A stretch of 64,000 nucleotides of DNA from assembly GCF_000143415.4 (NCBI RefSeq), contig NW_003314280.1, positions 1,426,894 to 1,490,893 of the forward strand, given 5' to 3'. Shown piece after piece: positions 37,391 through 49,761 of the stretch (its first letter is position 1; each line of letters begins with the position of its first letter). The position numbers were made by a program, and so were the translations under genes. The notes beneath the pieces were generated by a model that saw only the letters and a list, made by a program, of their open reading frames with translations, did no database searches and was not told where the DNA came from. This DNA is from Selaginella moellendorffii. Its lineage: Eukaryota > Plantae > Lycopodiophyta.

Positions 37391-39123
37391 TTACACTGTG
37401 CAGCATAGCTTGGAATCGATGGAAGCCAAACAGATGCCGAAAGCTTGAAATCCTGTCAATGGAAATCTGGAAACCACGGGAGTGTTACAGTCCAGCCATG
37501 TCAAGCATGCTTACCGGTATTCCATGACATAGGTGGACTTGCTCAGCTTCCCAAGTAGCAAAACAGCTTGCTTACCTTGGTCCTGTATCAGCAAAAAACA
37601 AAACTGTCAATTTTCCGGAGAAAAGGAGAGTTTTTGGGTACCTCAACTGTCAGCTGAAAGTTTTTAACCGAGGTCTTGATCTTGGCGCCCATTTTTGACG
37701 ACTCACGAAAGTCGAGTTCATATCTTTTTAAAAGATTGTTGTAACGAGGTGTTTTAGATACGAGCTCCTTGACATTGCTCATGTTTTCCTCCCAGTCCTT
37801 TCCTAAACCGAAATTAAACTGCGAGTTCCCGGAACATATGAATATCGAAAGAACAACGAAACACTAAGACTGCGTTTTACCTGAATACTAGAACCATTTG
37901 TTTGAATCGACTGATACTTCGGGATAAAAGCCTTCAATTTTCTGGAGTCGCCCGTGAGCGTCGTGACTGTCGGCTCGAACCTTCATAAAGAAAGCCAAAG
38001 AAACAAGCACTAGCTGTCAATCAAATGGATGACATTTAAGCTGGAAAACGCTCACGTCACAACGCCCTGAAGCACCTTCTGTCGAGCACTTAAAAAATCC
38101 CCCTGCAGCCATGGATATAAAATACAACAAGCTTCAAAAGAAAAGGCAACCAGAGTAAAGCAAAAGAAGGCTCCAATACCTGTTCCCAAAGTTGGTACCG
38201 CGATCCAACAAGGTTCGCTCCCAGGTTTCCCAAATATCCTTCGTCTTGCGACTGTAGCACCGTTCCGATGGTGCTTTGAGCGATCAAAAACTCCGAGCGC
38301 CCGACCCGTCGTCTGTGACGAGCAACAGCCAGCAAACGATCCTGTCGACCTTGGCCCTCCTGACAACAAGACTTTCAGCCACTAACTCGAAGAAAACCGA
38401 GCAGAGTTTCACTTACATCTGTGTAGAGCGAGTAAACCGAGGGACCATCTCGATGCTCTCGAACAATGTAGCATCGACACTTCCCCACATCCACAGGCAA
38501 AGGCTTGAGGAGCAAAACTCTGCCGAAAAAGAAAGAAAAGAGAAGCCTCTCAAGAGAAGTCTCGAACAAAGCACGATAAGTAGAGGAGAAGGAAAGAACC
38601 TGTTGCCAAGAGTCGACCACGCAGAGGCAGGAGCAGCTTCTTCGTCCCAGACATAAAGCCGGTGATTTGGAGTGGCACAAAACAGCGGAGTCTCGCCTGA
38701 AAGCTCGCCAGACTTGTTCTTGTTGCTCGAGCTCAAATCCCCGGCATTGTTGCTCCTGTTGTGCTTCTTGGACGCGCTCAAGGGGCCCCGGTTGAGCTCG
38801 CAAAGTGGCTCCGACTTGGAGACGATGGAATCGAAGGAGTGGTGCCTCTGGCTTCGACTCTTGCGCAGCGCTGGAGAGGACGAAGAACGGAAGGCATTCT
38901 CCTTGAGAACGTCGATAACGTTGCGCTGCACCGAGGAGCTGTGGCAAAGGTGCATTGGAAGAGCCGAGCCACCACCGCCACCGCAGTCGACGAGGACTCC
39001 ATGGCCGCCAGACGACTTGGAAGACTTCTCCTTGTCTAGAGAGCCACCGAGAGGATTCAAGTAGGACTTGAAGGACTGGTGGCTGGAGGATTTCTTGAGC
39101 TTGCTGCTACCGCTGCTGGACAT
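37391..39123 (-). CDS. TLP8: Tubby-like protein 8 (no F-box); multi-exon
   Basis: WDEEAAPASAWSTLGN and YELDFR...IKTSVKNFQLT. The last exon FPLTGFQAFGICLASIDSKLCCTV* matches the TLP8 C-terminus. Start uncertain. Confidence 0.88.
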
Positions 39124-39965
39124 TATCCTCCTCCTCCAGCAGCAAAGTCGCTGGAAGATGGGTCGGAGCAGCAGCTGCCAGGCACTGGATTTCTCCCGCT
39201 CAAACACTTCAGCAAAGGAACTTCCACTGGAAATTAAAGAGCAAGCTCACCTGGTGCGATAAGTTTGCCGAGTGGATCGTCAGTAGTCCCATAGTGGTGG
39301 TGGTGATGTTGTCTCCTCGTGGTCCATGCCAGAGAGCTTTTTCGATCTAGCTCGGTTTCTCGCTGCTTGTCACCACGTTGAGATCTGGCACAAGCATTAG
39401 ATGATGTAAGGCCGTGAAGTCATTGAATTTTCCACATATACCATGAATGAGATAGCGCGCAAGAGGCCTGCCTGCGAGTGTTCTTCCCTCTTTCTTTCTG
39501 AGCGACAGTGACCTTGGACCGCGCCTGGACACCGCTGATCGACGAGAGAAAGGCTGTGGCATTCGGTTACCTTGTCGCGGCATCCATTAATCCTCAGATG
39601 CTAAGAAGAGCGCTTAAATCAATCCATGCGTACTGGAAGAAACCTCGTGATCGTCACAGGAAGTGGAAGAATGTAGCTAGCCAAGAGATCCAGCAGCCGT
39701 GGAGAGGACGAATTTACCCCCACAATCCAAGAACCCTAAAAATACAGGGGATTTGGGAGCTTGGGATTGGGATTTTTGCCGGGCTTGAGAGTATTTGAAA
39801 TTTACGTCTGACAAAGAAAAGCTTTTGCTTTCACTCATCGTTACTTGGAAAACGGTTGATTTCGAAGAAGACGTCAAGAGCTTTGGCATTTACTAATGCA
39901 ATAAGATTTTACCCTCTGACATCCTGTCAACGGTTAAAAAGCTAAGGTAAGTTTCAAATTTGAGT

Positions 39966-40039
39966 TTCCATTGCCGGGATTTGAACCCGGGTCACCTGGG
40001 TGAAAGCCAGATATCCTGACCGGACTAGACGACAATGGA
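39966..40039 (-). tRNA. tRNA-Glu(UUC)
   Basis: TCCATTG acceptor stem pairs with CAATGGA; anticodon arm TCTGG-CTTTCAC-CCAGG; T arm CCGGG-TTCAAAT-CCCGG. Confidence 0.95.
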
Positions 40040-40129
40040 TTTGTACTTATGAGAGATTTCTTAAGGTTGATAGAGGGAGGTTTTAGTGATTCCATATAGG
40101 AGCCCTAATGTGCTTGGGGGCGCGAAGCT

Positions 40130-41550
40130 ATGGTCGGCTTCGTCGTCGAGTATGCGAAATCCGGTAGGTCGGCGTGCAAGCACTGCAAGCTCGAGCTCGC
40201 CAAGGGCGAGGTGAGAATCGGCATTGTGAGCAAGGGCGCCGGATTCGCCATGACCAAATGGTAAAGATTTTCCATTCCTTTATAGCAATTTCTTTGTTTT
40301 CTTCTTCTTGTGGAAGGCATCACTCCAAATGCGTTTTGGAGCTCCAAGCTCCTGTCGCGGACGTTCTCAAGGCCAAAGGCTTCGCTGCATTGAAAGTAAT
40401 TTTATTTTTTCACAGAATGCGATGAGCCATGAGAACTTTTTGATTTGGTACAGGCTTCGGATCAAACTATTTTGAGGGAGTTGCTACAGCGAGAAACCGT
40501 GGAAGTGAGCCGTAAAAAGATTTGTCTCGAGAAGAAAGCTGTCGTGCCGGAGGAAACTCGACTGCTTTGGCATGCAAAGTTGTCCAGCTTTGAGCCATCT
40601 CAGTTCTCTACATGCTACAAGGTTTGTGTTTTGCATTTAACGCTTTTGATTATATTCATCTCTCAAGACGCATAGGATTCATCTCTGCCCATGGGGTGGA
40701 AGTCATTTTCCTCCATAATCGTGAACACTGTAAGGTTTCTCTTACGAGAACACACGGGATCAAGCTGAGACAGTACTTTTACTCGATTTGCAGCCAGATG
40801 ATAGTGGAACTTTGTCAGAGAAGGTTGCAGCTTTCGACTTTGACGGTTGCCTTGTGAACACTGACGTGAAAAGGTGATATAAATCGCAGCTAGAATCTTT
40901 CCTAATCAACTCTCTTTTGCAGAGTGGGTGCTCAAGCATGGTCCCTACTATACACTTCTATACCGCAAAAGCTACAAGCCTGCCACGAAGACGGGTATAA
41001 ACTGGTGAAGTGCTTGCTGATTGCTTTCACTATGCGGCCTGTTGTCAAACTGTTCTTTTTCTTGTCAGGTGGTGTTTACAAACGAGTCCAACATCGATAG
41101 GTGGACAAAGAGCCGGCAGAAGGCCATCGATTCGAAGCTGGGAAGGCTGAACGCGTTCATGGATCTTGTCAAGGTTCCGATACAGGTATTGTTGTTCCGA
41201 TAAAAAACCACATTTTGACAGTGTTGCTCGCGTTTCTAGGTGGTCATTTCGTGTGGCCTGGACGGTGACCCGTGTAGAAAGCCTGCGCCTGGCATGTGGG
41301 AGTTTATGGAGCGGCACTTGAACGGCGACATCGCCATAGACAGGAGCATGTCTTTCTATGTTGGTGACGCGGCTGGAAGAGCAGGAGATCACAGTGATGC
41401 TGACATTGGATTTGCAAAGGTGAGAGATTGGCCATACATTCCAACTAATGCATTCCAGTCCTCCTTCCGCTTGCACAGGCAGTCGGGCTCAAGTTTTTCG
41501 TACCCGAAGATTATTTCGACGTAAAGCAGAAAACATCTTTGATCGATTGA
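40130..41550 (+). CDS. ZDP: Polynucleotide 3'-phosphatase ZDP (one PARP-type zinc finger plus HAD phosphatase); multi-exon
   Basis: VEYAKSGRSACKHC...WHH.KC zinc finger, then AFDFDGCL, VFTNESNIDRW, RKPAPGMW and FYVGDAAGR..DHSDADI.FA. Exons join in frame with GT-AG introns. Confidence 0.9.
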
Positions 41551-41627
41551 GTGAAAGGATTGTTCCAGTTACCTTGTCACAAGCTTTCGTAACGGTCATT
41601 GGACTTCAATCGCTTCGGTTGTACATT

Positions 41628-41876
41628 TCTAGGTTACAATGGTGCTTTCGTCGACGTTCATTCGTTCTTGGGTTTCTTCGTCAACCTTCACTGCGTCCTC
41701 GTACTTTATTTCTTCCCATGAACAGGCACCGACGGACAGTTCTCCAGCTCTGTGGCATCAAACTATACCATCAGCAATGCGATAGAGAGATGGTTTCTGA
41801 GGTGGCTCTTTATCATCGTCTTTGTCGTCGAGAAGTTGAAGCAGCAAGGGGAAGTGTGGGATGGAAGGAAAACCCT
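41628..41876 (-). pseudogene. 3' remnant of the duplicated TCAB1 gene
   Basis: Near-identical to 47748-48050 but with several internal deletions. Confidence 0.8.
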
Positions 41877-42198
41877 TGTCATATACAAAGATCTTGCATA
41901 AGCATCTGCCATGTGTGAAAGTAGAACCACGTCAAAGTATGTTTACATCATCAAGGAAATTGTACAATGTGGCCTTGAGTTTAATCATTAAAAAATGATT
42001 ACTTAATTAATAATACAATTTCCAGAATTTTCTTCTTTACTGATTTTTCGCCCCCCTCCTCGTCCCGTCGGAAGTTTGACTTCGTTTTATCATTTGTCCA
42101 AAGTCCCTAGCAAAAAAAAAGTTTAAGAAAGTATTATTTATCATCCCATCCCATCCCATTTAGTACTATTATCGCTTCGCGTCGTCGGGACTCCTGCA

Positions 42199-43090
42199 AT
42201 GGGCGGCTTATTTTCTCGAAATTCAGTTTCCCAGAGGAGGTGCTGCTGCATTCAGATCAACACAAAGCTCCCATCACACACAACACCACTCGACCAGCTA
42301 CGCCTTCATCTTCCCAATGGACTACCCAAGCGCGAGCAGCTCGTGGGCATTGCAATGGTGATTCTGCCCAGCGTCCGAGAGAGCCGCGCAAACATCGAAG
42401 TTACTCTGGAGATCAGAAGCTTCTTCGTGGGCGTGGACGACGAGGATGTAATCATGAGCGCCAGAGCTTTAGGATTCTATCCCTACCGCGTCAAACTCTG
42501 GATCGAGCCAGAACTTGGTGAAATGAAGAGCTCTGTCAACATTGTTACCTACAATTTCCGTGATGGGGATGCCAATTCCAGCACGCACATCACGAGCAGC
42601 AATGGTGAGATTGGAGCTCAACTTAAATTATGGCCAGTATCGCTCAGATTAAAGAAGACGTGGGGGCGATCAGTCCACAACCCCATGGAGTACGACTCAA
42701 TCACCGTTGGAGTTCCTGGGAACATAGCAGAGCTTGAGTGGAAACTCCTTCGCTGGAATCACAATGGAATGAAGTATAATCCATCCAAACCATACTATAA
42801 GCTCAACTCTCTCAAGGTAAATCATTGCTTTTGTTTCCATCTAAAGGTGATTCATACAGCCTCCATTGCGAGGAGGACGAACAAGGATTAACGTGGAAGA
42901 CTTTCCCATTGTTGTGTGGCATCTGCCGGCAAGCATGGCGTCCAAGTTTCCTCTCCGGTTCAAGCTGCGTTTGGTGGCCGAGATGCATCTCCTCTGGTAC
43001 GCGAGAAGCAACTGGGTGTACCGCAAAGCCAAATGCACCAGCGAGAGAATCGAGTTTTCTCACGAGTTTCTTGTCACTGAGGGCGAGTGA
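42199..43090 (+). CDS. Orphan ~282 aa protein, two exons (42199-42816, 42860-43090), with predicted N-myristoylation and S-acylation
   Basis: MGGLFS (G2/S6) plus CCC at residues 15-17. A 43-nt GT-AG intron joins the two ORFs in frame. No family recognised. Confidence 0.7.
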
Positions 43091-43389
43091 GAAGCCATGT
43101 ATACCTGTTTGTATACCTGTTTAAGTGGCCGCACTGCTTTGCTTCTTTTGGAGACTCCCCTGTTCTTTGGGATCCGGTATTTGCTGAAGGTCACGGTGTC
43201 TTTGAAGGGATTTCCGCAGGTACCTAATCTATCTAATATGTCAGACGACCAAATCTTTTGCTGTGGAATCATAAGCGCGCAATCGTGCCACAACTATCTC
43301 GGTGCACCACAGCTTTTCTCCATGCTGCGAGAGATTTAATCAAGGGCTCTCTCGAGGAGAAATTTGAACAGGCGCTTGGTGCGCCTTTG

Positions 43390-44440
43390 TCCTGTGGAGA
43401 TTTCTGCCGTACTTAGAGAACTGAACATGTTTGACTTAGCAGCTTATAGATAGACTCAAGCGAGGAACTATGCTTGAGTGAGGCCTCCCTCGTGTCCTTG
43501 CAGCACATATAGAAGCTCCATGTTGCCTTCGTTGTACACTGCTATGGTTCGATCGTAAGAACCAGCCGCAAGAAGATTTGTTTGGTGTCCGCTAAAAGCT
43601 AGGCACGACACAATTCCTGCAAGAGGCCCGTGACCGTCGAAAGACGATCACCCTTCTTTGGAACTCGTTGGCAGTGACGACCGGGATTTGGGGCATCAAA
43701 AATTCTAATCTTTTGTTGTATCCACAAAACAGCCTACGAGCGCCATGGGCAACCATATCAGAAATCTTCTACCTGTTACCCACAGGATTAAAAGCGACTG
43801 ACAATGCTGCTGAAACTTCAATTGTAAGTTCTATAATGAACTGGATGATCCTGCGTTGTAGTCATGAAGACACAAGTTGACAGATTTACAAGAAATCAAA
43901 AGCCTTACTGAAATTCAAGTGCAAGAGATTAAAACGAAGAACCTGTGGCGACCATGTGAGGACCAGCAAAAATCCACAGGCTCTCCTTCAATGACATAAA
44001 CTCAAGCCCATAACTTTCATGATCCAGGAAAAAATCTAGAATCATACCCGAGCAAGATCATCCAATGCCTCAACTTCCAGAGTGTTTGGAGGCCTGAAGC
44101 CACAAATGTTCCATCAAAACAACCCCACGAAGAGAAGAACAAGGAAGAAAAAACCACAAAACCTAGTGGACTTACAGATTGAAAATCCTGAGCCTCTTGT
44201 CCTCGTTGCACGTCAGAAAGCAGACCTGCAAGAGAATGCCATAGAAATTGCATAGAACAAGCTATAGGTCCAGTACATAGAAACGCAATGGAAACTTTTT
44301 TTCTTTTCTTTCTCACCACTTGACAACCTTGAAGAAATTGTTGCCGCTGCCATCCAGCCGGAACTGACGATGCAAGTGATAGAGTCTCTGCGGCGGAGAA
44401 TCGAAATGCACGCGAGGGCACCACAGATACGAATGCAGCG
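43390..44440 (-). pseudogene. 5'/middle remnant of the duplicated TCAB1 gene
   Basis: Colinear with ~48490-49735 but has many short deletions and frameshifts and has lost the start region. Confidence 0.85.
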
Positions 44441-44467
44441 CTGGCAAATTTTGGGCACACTTATCAA

Positions 44468-45190
44468 TCACACATCGATGATCTGGAGCTCCTTGCTGCT
44501 GCTCATGGACGATCCATCACAACTGGGGCACTGGATCTTCCCCTGCCCCTTGCACGCCCGGCATTTGGGCCCCGAATTCCGCTCCTTGAGGTCGGAGAAC
44601 TCGGATCGCTGGAGCCACCCCATGCTCCAAAGCTTGCGATCCTGGAAATTTGGGAGAAGATAAAAAAAAAACCAAGAATTCGATGGAGAAATCCTATTCT
44701 TACCCGGAGATTTTGCGCATTCACCCACAGCTGGGTGGTGGTGTCACAAGTGGCCACCATTTGGACGAACCATTCCTTGTCGCTCATCCGCTGCTTGGCT
44801 CGAGCTTCGTAGTGGCGCCATCCAAAAGTGCGCTCCATGGCTGTCCATTTGGATCCTGGAGACTCGAGAGAAAGATTGGGAACAAGATCGATCACTCCCC
44901 AATTCACTCACCAACAACGCGGGCCATGTCGACGGGATTTTTGCGGTGGTATCCTCCCAACGCGAGCGTGCCTCGGCCATCGCATTGCTCGCATGCCATC
45001 TCTCCATAGCCTAGAAGTCTCGGTTTTGAAGGTGAACTGGCCGGAAAGAATTCATACCTTTGCAACATCGGCAGGGGAGTGGAGGATACGCATCACTGAG
45101 CGGTTTCACAAATTGCGAGCAAGATTTTTGGTTGCTGCTGCTACAGGACCTGATAGGAACAAGCGACCAGCAGGACTTCAAGCTCTTCAT
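44468..45190 (-). CDS. DnaJ-type zinc-finger protein with inserted TIGR02450/DUF2389-like Trp-rich domain; 4 exons, ~185 aa, putative plastid transit peptide
   Basis: Exons 45190-45058, 45010-44912, 44855-44704 and 44641-44468 (GT-AG introns of 47, 56 and 62 nt) splice into one frame. Motifs CRCCKGYG and CEQCDGRG, then GSKWTAMERTFGWRHY...VQMVATCD....WVNAQNLRDRKLWSMGW, then CRACKGQG and CPSCDG. Confidence 0.85.
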
Positions 45191-45299
45191 CAGAAGTCCT
45201 GATATTTTTCTCTGTATATGGTATAATCGTGAGCAAGTGTTTTAGCGTGCTTCTACACCACAATTCTCAAAACACTAACACAATGTAACAAATGAGAAG

Positions 45300-47110
45300 G
45301 CCTTCCAAAAAACAACAATCTCATAAAACTAGACGGTCATGCACATTTGGGTACTGTTTCCGAGCAGGATCCGGCACTCGTTTTTCAGCCATGCCCTGGC
45401 TCTGCCCGGTCGTTTCTTGGCCTCTTTCAAAGAGTTTCCTCTTTTCTTGGGGAAGGGTTTTCAGACTAGCTTGATAGCCCCATTGGCACATGAGACGCTC
45501 TGTTTTCCTTTGTTCCACTTCTACCTTCTCAGGTTGCCCAGCTTCTTAAGAATGTTGATTTCATCCTGTTCAAGGTTGGTAAGGCACTGGTTCAGCTCAA
45601 GCTCATGCGTCGTGTACGCTACCTTCCCTTCCTCTGTACTGTGTGAAACAGTTGCGCGGCTGGGCAGATGTACACACAGTGCACCCCAGTATGCCAGCGT
45701 TGAATCTCTTCTTGCGTCACAAACTTGTACTCTGTCTTCCTGTGTGTTTCTGGACGAACAGTCACCTGCAGTGCAAGTTTACCCACGCTAGCACGCCATC
45801 CACATACTTGAACGAGTACTTCCCGGGCAACATGTATATTGCCTGGTGCGGCTTCCATTGATATGGCCTGATCACTGCTGGTTCAGCCTCCAGCTTGAAC
45901 ACTTCGATTTGTTCCCCTTGGAAGTTCAACCCGATAGCCTACATAGCCTCTCCGAGAAATCGCAAGCCCACCCCACTTCCGGCCAAATCGCGTTGATTTT
46001 CTTGAGTTTGTGCACTTGTACTCTGGTGAGCGATAGACTGTGCCCTTCAAGCGCTCTAAACCAGCTTCTGCATGTACTGCATGGAGATAGTTGGTGCAAA
46101 AGGATCCATTGCGAACATAGCCCTTCAACACAGATGCGGGATCTCTACCTCCCCTGCATACCTGTACTTGATGTAGTCTCGGATGGATTCAAAGGGCTCA
46201 GCTGGCCTGAAGTTAAGCAGGACCATTTCCCAGTCTCTCTTTTCGTCCAGGTACCTCTCCAAGCTTAGTTCGGCCGCGGAGACCTTGTTCATCTCCCGTA
46301 TCCAGGTTCTGAAAACGTCTCTTGTAGACGACTGGCGGTGTGATGCCTTCGATGTACTCTTTACAGGCCTAGTCTAGGAAGAACAGGGACATTGGGTGCT
46401 TGTCATCATAAAGCATAACATCCGCTTCACGTTCAGGATGCTCTTGAAGCATTGTGCCGAGGAGGGTCTGTTGCAGAAATGAAGCATACTCGTTCTGCAC
46501 ATAAAATTTAGTAAGCGAAGTATGGCAGGAGAACTATTACCTGGCCAAAGACGACATCCCTCAGCTCATACCGGGCTTAGTTCGGCTGCGGAGTCTTGTT
46601 CATCTCCCGTATCCAGGTTCTGGAAACGTCTCTTGTAGACGACTGGCGGTGTGATGCCTTCGATGTGCTCTTTACAGGCCTTATCTAGGAAGAACAGGGA
46701 CAATGGGTGCTTGTCAGCATAAAGAGTAACATCCGCTTCACGTTCAGGAAGGATGCTGTTGAAGCATCTTGCCGAGGAGGGTCTCTTGCAGGAATGCAGT
46801 ATACTCGTTCTGCACATATAAGCGAAGTATGGCAGGAGAACTAATACACGACATCCCTTGGGATGTCCTGCGCATCAACAGCTTCAAGCGACAAGGCCTT
46901 AACGACAAAGTCAGAGTAGCGCTCGAGGGCAGTCATCGGAGTGCGTTCTGAACGATCCCGGCGCAATGCATCTAACTTCTCTTGGCCATCGCAAAGCACA
47001 GTAATGTAATCCCCGGCCGCTCTCCTGTCCAACAAGAATTCGGCAAGGTCCGCGGGAGAAGAGATGTCACCTGGCGTCGGAGATCCTGCTGAGCATCGAA
47101 GTGCCAGATG
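45300..47110 (-). pseudogene. Decayed copy of an unidentified gene family with an internal tandem duplication
   Basis: Protein-like blocks (YLDEKRDWEMVLLNFR; EIPHLC; LPGKYSFKYVDG) interrupted by stops. Homologous to 51660-52260 on the opposite strand. Confidence 0.6.
46263..46843. repeat. Direct tandem duplication of ~270 bp (46263-46536 and 46575-46843)
   Basis: Both units start GCTTAGTTCGGC.GCGGAG and share TTGTTCATCTCCCGTATCCAGGTTCTG...GCGAAGTATGGCAGGAGAACTA. Confidence 0.9.
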
Positions 47111-47251
47111 CAAATTATTCTCTCATGCTTAGATAAGCGGCAAATGAGCTCAATCGCAAGCGCGCGCAGGAGGCAGCTCTTGCTGTTATGATTAAACCAA
47201 GGAAGACGTCTTCTTCTTGTTCGACGGCAATCTTCTTGAGGAGGGAACCAT

Positions 47252-47680
47252 ACTGTTCTTTTTCTTGTCAGGTGGTGGGAAGGCTGAACGCCTTCATGGA
47301 TCTTGTCAAGGTTCCGATACAGGTATTGTTGTTCCGAGAAAAAACCACGTTTTGACAGTGTTGCTCGCGTTTCTAGGTGGTCATTTCGTGTGGCTTGGAC
47401 GGTGATCCGTGTAGAAAGCCTGCGCCTGGCATGTGGGAGTTTATGGAGCGGCACTTGAACGGCGACATCGCCATAGACAGGATCACATCTTTCTATGTTG
47501 GTGACGCGGCTGGAAGAGCAGGAGATCACAGTGATGCTGACATTAGATTTGCAAAAGTGAGATACATTCCAAGTAATGCATTCCAGTCCTCCTTCCGTTC
47601 GCACAGGCAGTCGGGCTCAAGTTTTTCGTACCCGAAGATTATTTCGACGTAAAGCAAAACACATCTTTGATCGATTGAGG
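47252..47680 (+). pseudogene. 3' fragment of the duplicated ZDP gene
   Basis: Near-identical to 41049-41550. It lacks the zinc finger and DxD motif and carries a ~65 bp deletion in the FTNESN exon. Confidence 0.88.
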
Positions 47681-47747
47681 GAAAGGATTGTTCCAGTTAC
47701 CTTGTCACAAGCTTTCGTAACGGTCACTGGACTTCAATCGCTTCGTT

Positions 47748-49761
47748 CTAGGTTACAATGGTGCTTTCGTCAACGTTCATTCGTTCGTGGGTTTCTTCGT
47801 CAACCTTTACTGCGTCCTCGTACTTTATTTCTTCCCATGAACAGGAGAATCTCCACACCGACGCACAGTTCTCCAGCTCTGTGGCATCAAACTATACCAT
47901 CAGCAATGCGACTGAGAGATGGTTTTGGAAGTAATTGCCTGTTAGAATCTGCGGTGGCTCTTCGTCATCGTCTTTGTCCTCGCTAGTGCTAAACCTCCGA
48001 GCGCCAGAAGTTGAAGCAGCCAGGGGAAGCGTGGGATGGAAGGAAAACCCATTGATGGTATCTGATTGTAAGCGAAAGTGAGGGAAAGAATAGAATTTTT
48101 TGGTTTTGTACCTGAGGCTGCGTGAATGCTGGCAGTGAATTCACCAGTTCGAAGATCATAGAAACGAATATCACCGTCCTGCTTGGTTGCACCTAGTGAG
48201 CACTGAATAAAAAAGAAGAAGATAACTCAACCTCGCCTCCTGTGCCGAGGTGTTGAGCATATGGTTCAATGTCAAACGCTATCCTCTGGTTCGTGTTAGT
48301 AACAGCTCTTTCAAGCCTGCGCAAAAAGCACAAGCTAAGTAATCTAGCGACTAGAAAATTCAGTTGAGGCATACTTGTACACTAAACTCGTTGTATACCG
48401 AACGTCCCAGCAGCATATCGATGGATCCTGGATCGAAGCACCATAATGAGGATAGCCAACAGAAGAAGAGACTTTGAGACCTTTCGAGCCCCGCTGTACA
48501 GATAGTTGCCGTCCTTGGAGAACTGAACCTGTTCGAGAAACGAGCTTAGCAGCGCATAGATAGACTCGAGAGGAAAGAGAAGAACTATACTTGAGTCAGG
48601 CCTCCTTCGTGTCCTTGCAGCACATATAGAAGCTCCATGTTACCTTCGTTGTACACTGCTATGGTTCGATCGTAAGAACCAGCCGCAAGAAGATTTGTCT
48701 GGTGTCCGCTAAAAGCTAGGCACGACACAATTCCTGCAAGAGGCCCGTGACTACTTTTGTTACTATAGTCGAAAGACGATCACCTGTAATGCCTTCTTTG
48801 GAACTCGTGAGTGTAGAGTGCTCTTCGCAGTGACGACCGGGAGTTGAGGTATCGAAAATTCTGATCTTTCTTTTGTATCCACAAAAGAGCCTGCGAGCGC
48901 CTAATGGTCAGGCATGGGCAACCATATCAGAAATATTCTACCTGTTACCCGCAGGATTAAAAGCGACTGACAATGCTGCTGTAACTTCATCCATGGCATT
49001 GTAAGCTCTATAGCTGCAGCGGAGCTACAGACAGGTAAAAACACCAAATCTATACTCTGCTAGACGCAAAACTTCAAGCTTACATTACCAGTAGCAGCAT
49101 CCCACAGATGAACTGGATGATCCCGAGTTGTAGTCGCGAAAACACAAGTTGACAGATCTACAAGCAATCAAAAGCCTTAGTAAACAGCAAGCGCAAGAGA
49201 TTAAGACGAAGAACCTGTGGCGACCATGTGAGGATACCAGCAAAAATCGTACACAGTCTCTCCTTCCGACACCGTCAATGACGAGACAAGTGGATCTAGA
49301 ATCAAGCCGATAACTTTCATGATCCAGGAAAATTCTAGAATCATACCCGTCTTGGCAGCAAGATCATCCAATGCTTCGACTTCCAGAGCGTTTGACGGCC
49401 TGGAGCCACAAGTGTTACATAAAAAAACGACCCCACAAAGAGAAGAACAAGGAAAAAACAGCACAAAACTGGACTTACAAATCGAAAATCCTGAGCGTCT
49501 TGTCCTCGTTGCACGTCAGAAAGCAGGAGCCATCAGGAGACCTGCAAGAGAATGCAATAGAAATAGCGTAGAACGAGCTATAGAACATAGAAATGCAATG
49601 AGAACTTCTTCTCACCACTTGACACCCTTGAAGAAATTGTTGCCGCTGCCATCCAGCCGGAACTGGCGATGCAAGTGATAGAGCCTCTGCGGCGGAGGAT
49701 CGAAATGCACGCGAGGGCACCACAGATACGAATTCGGTGCTGGCGCCTTCTCTTCTTCCAT
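47748..49761 (-). CDS. TCAB1: Telomerase Cajal body protein 1 (WRAP53/WDR79), WD40; multi-exon
   Basis: NNFFKGVKW|SPDGSCFLT.NEDKTLRIF, EGETVYDFCWYP.M, TTRDHPVHLWDA, YRAYNAMDE and NGFSFHP.LPLAAS.SG.RRF. The last exon is ENCASVWRFS...*. Confidence 0.88.
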
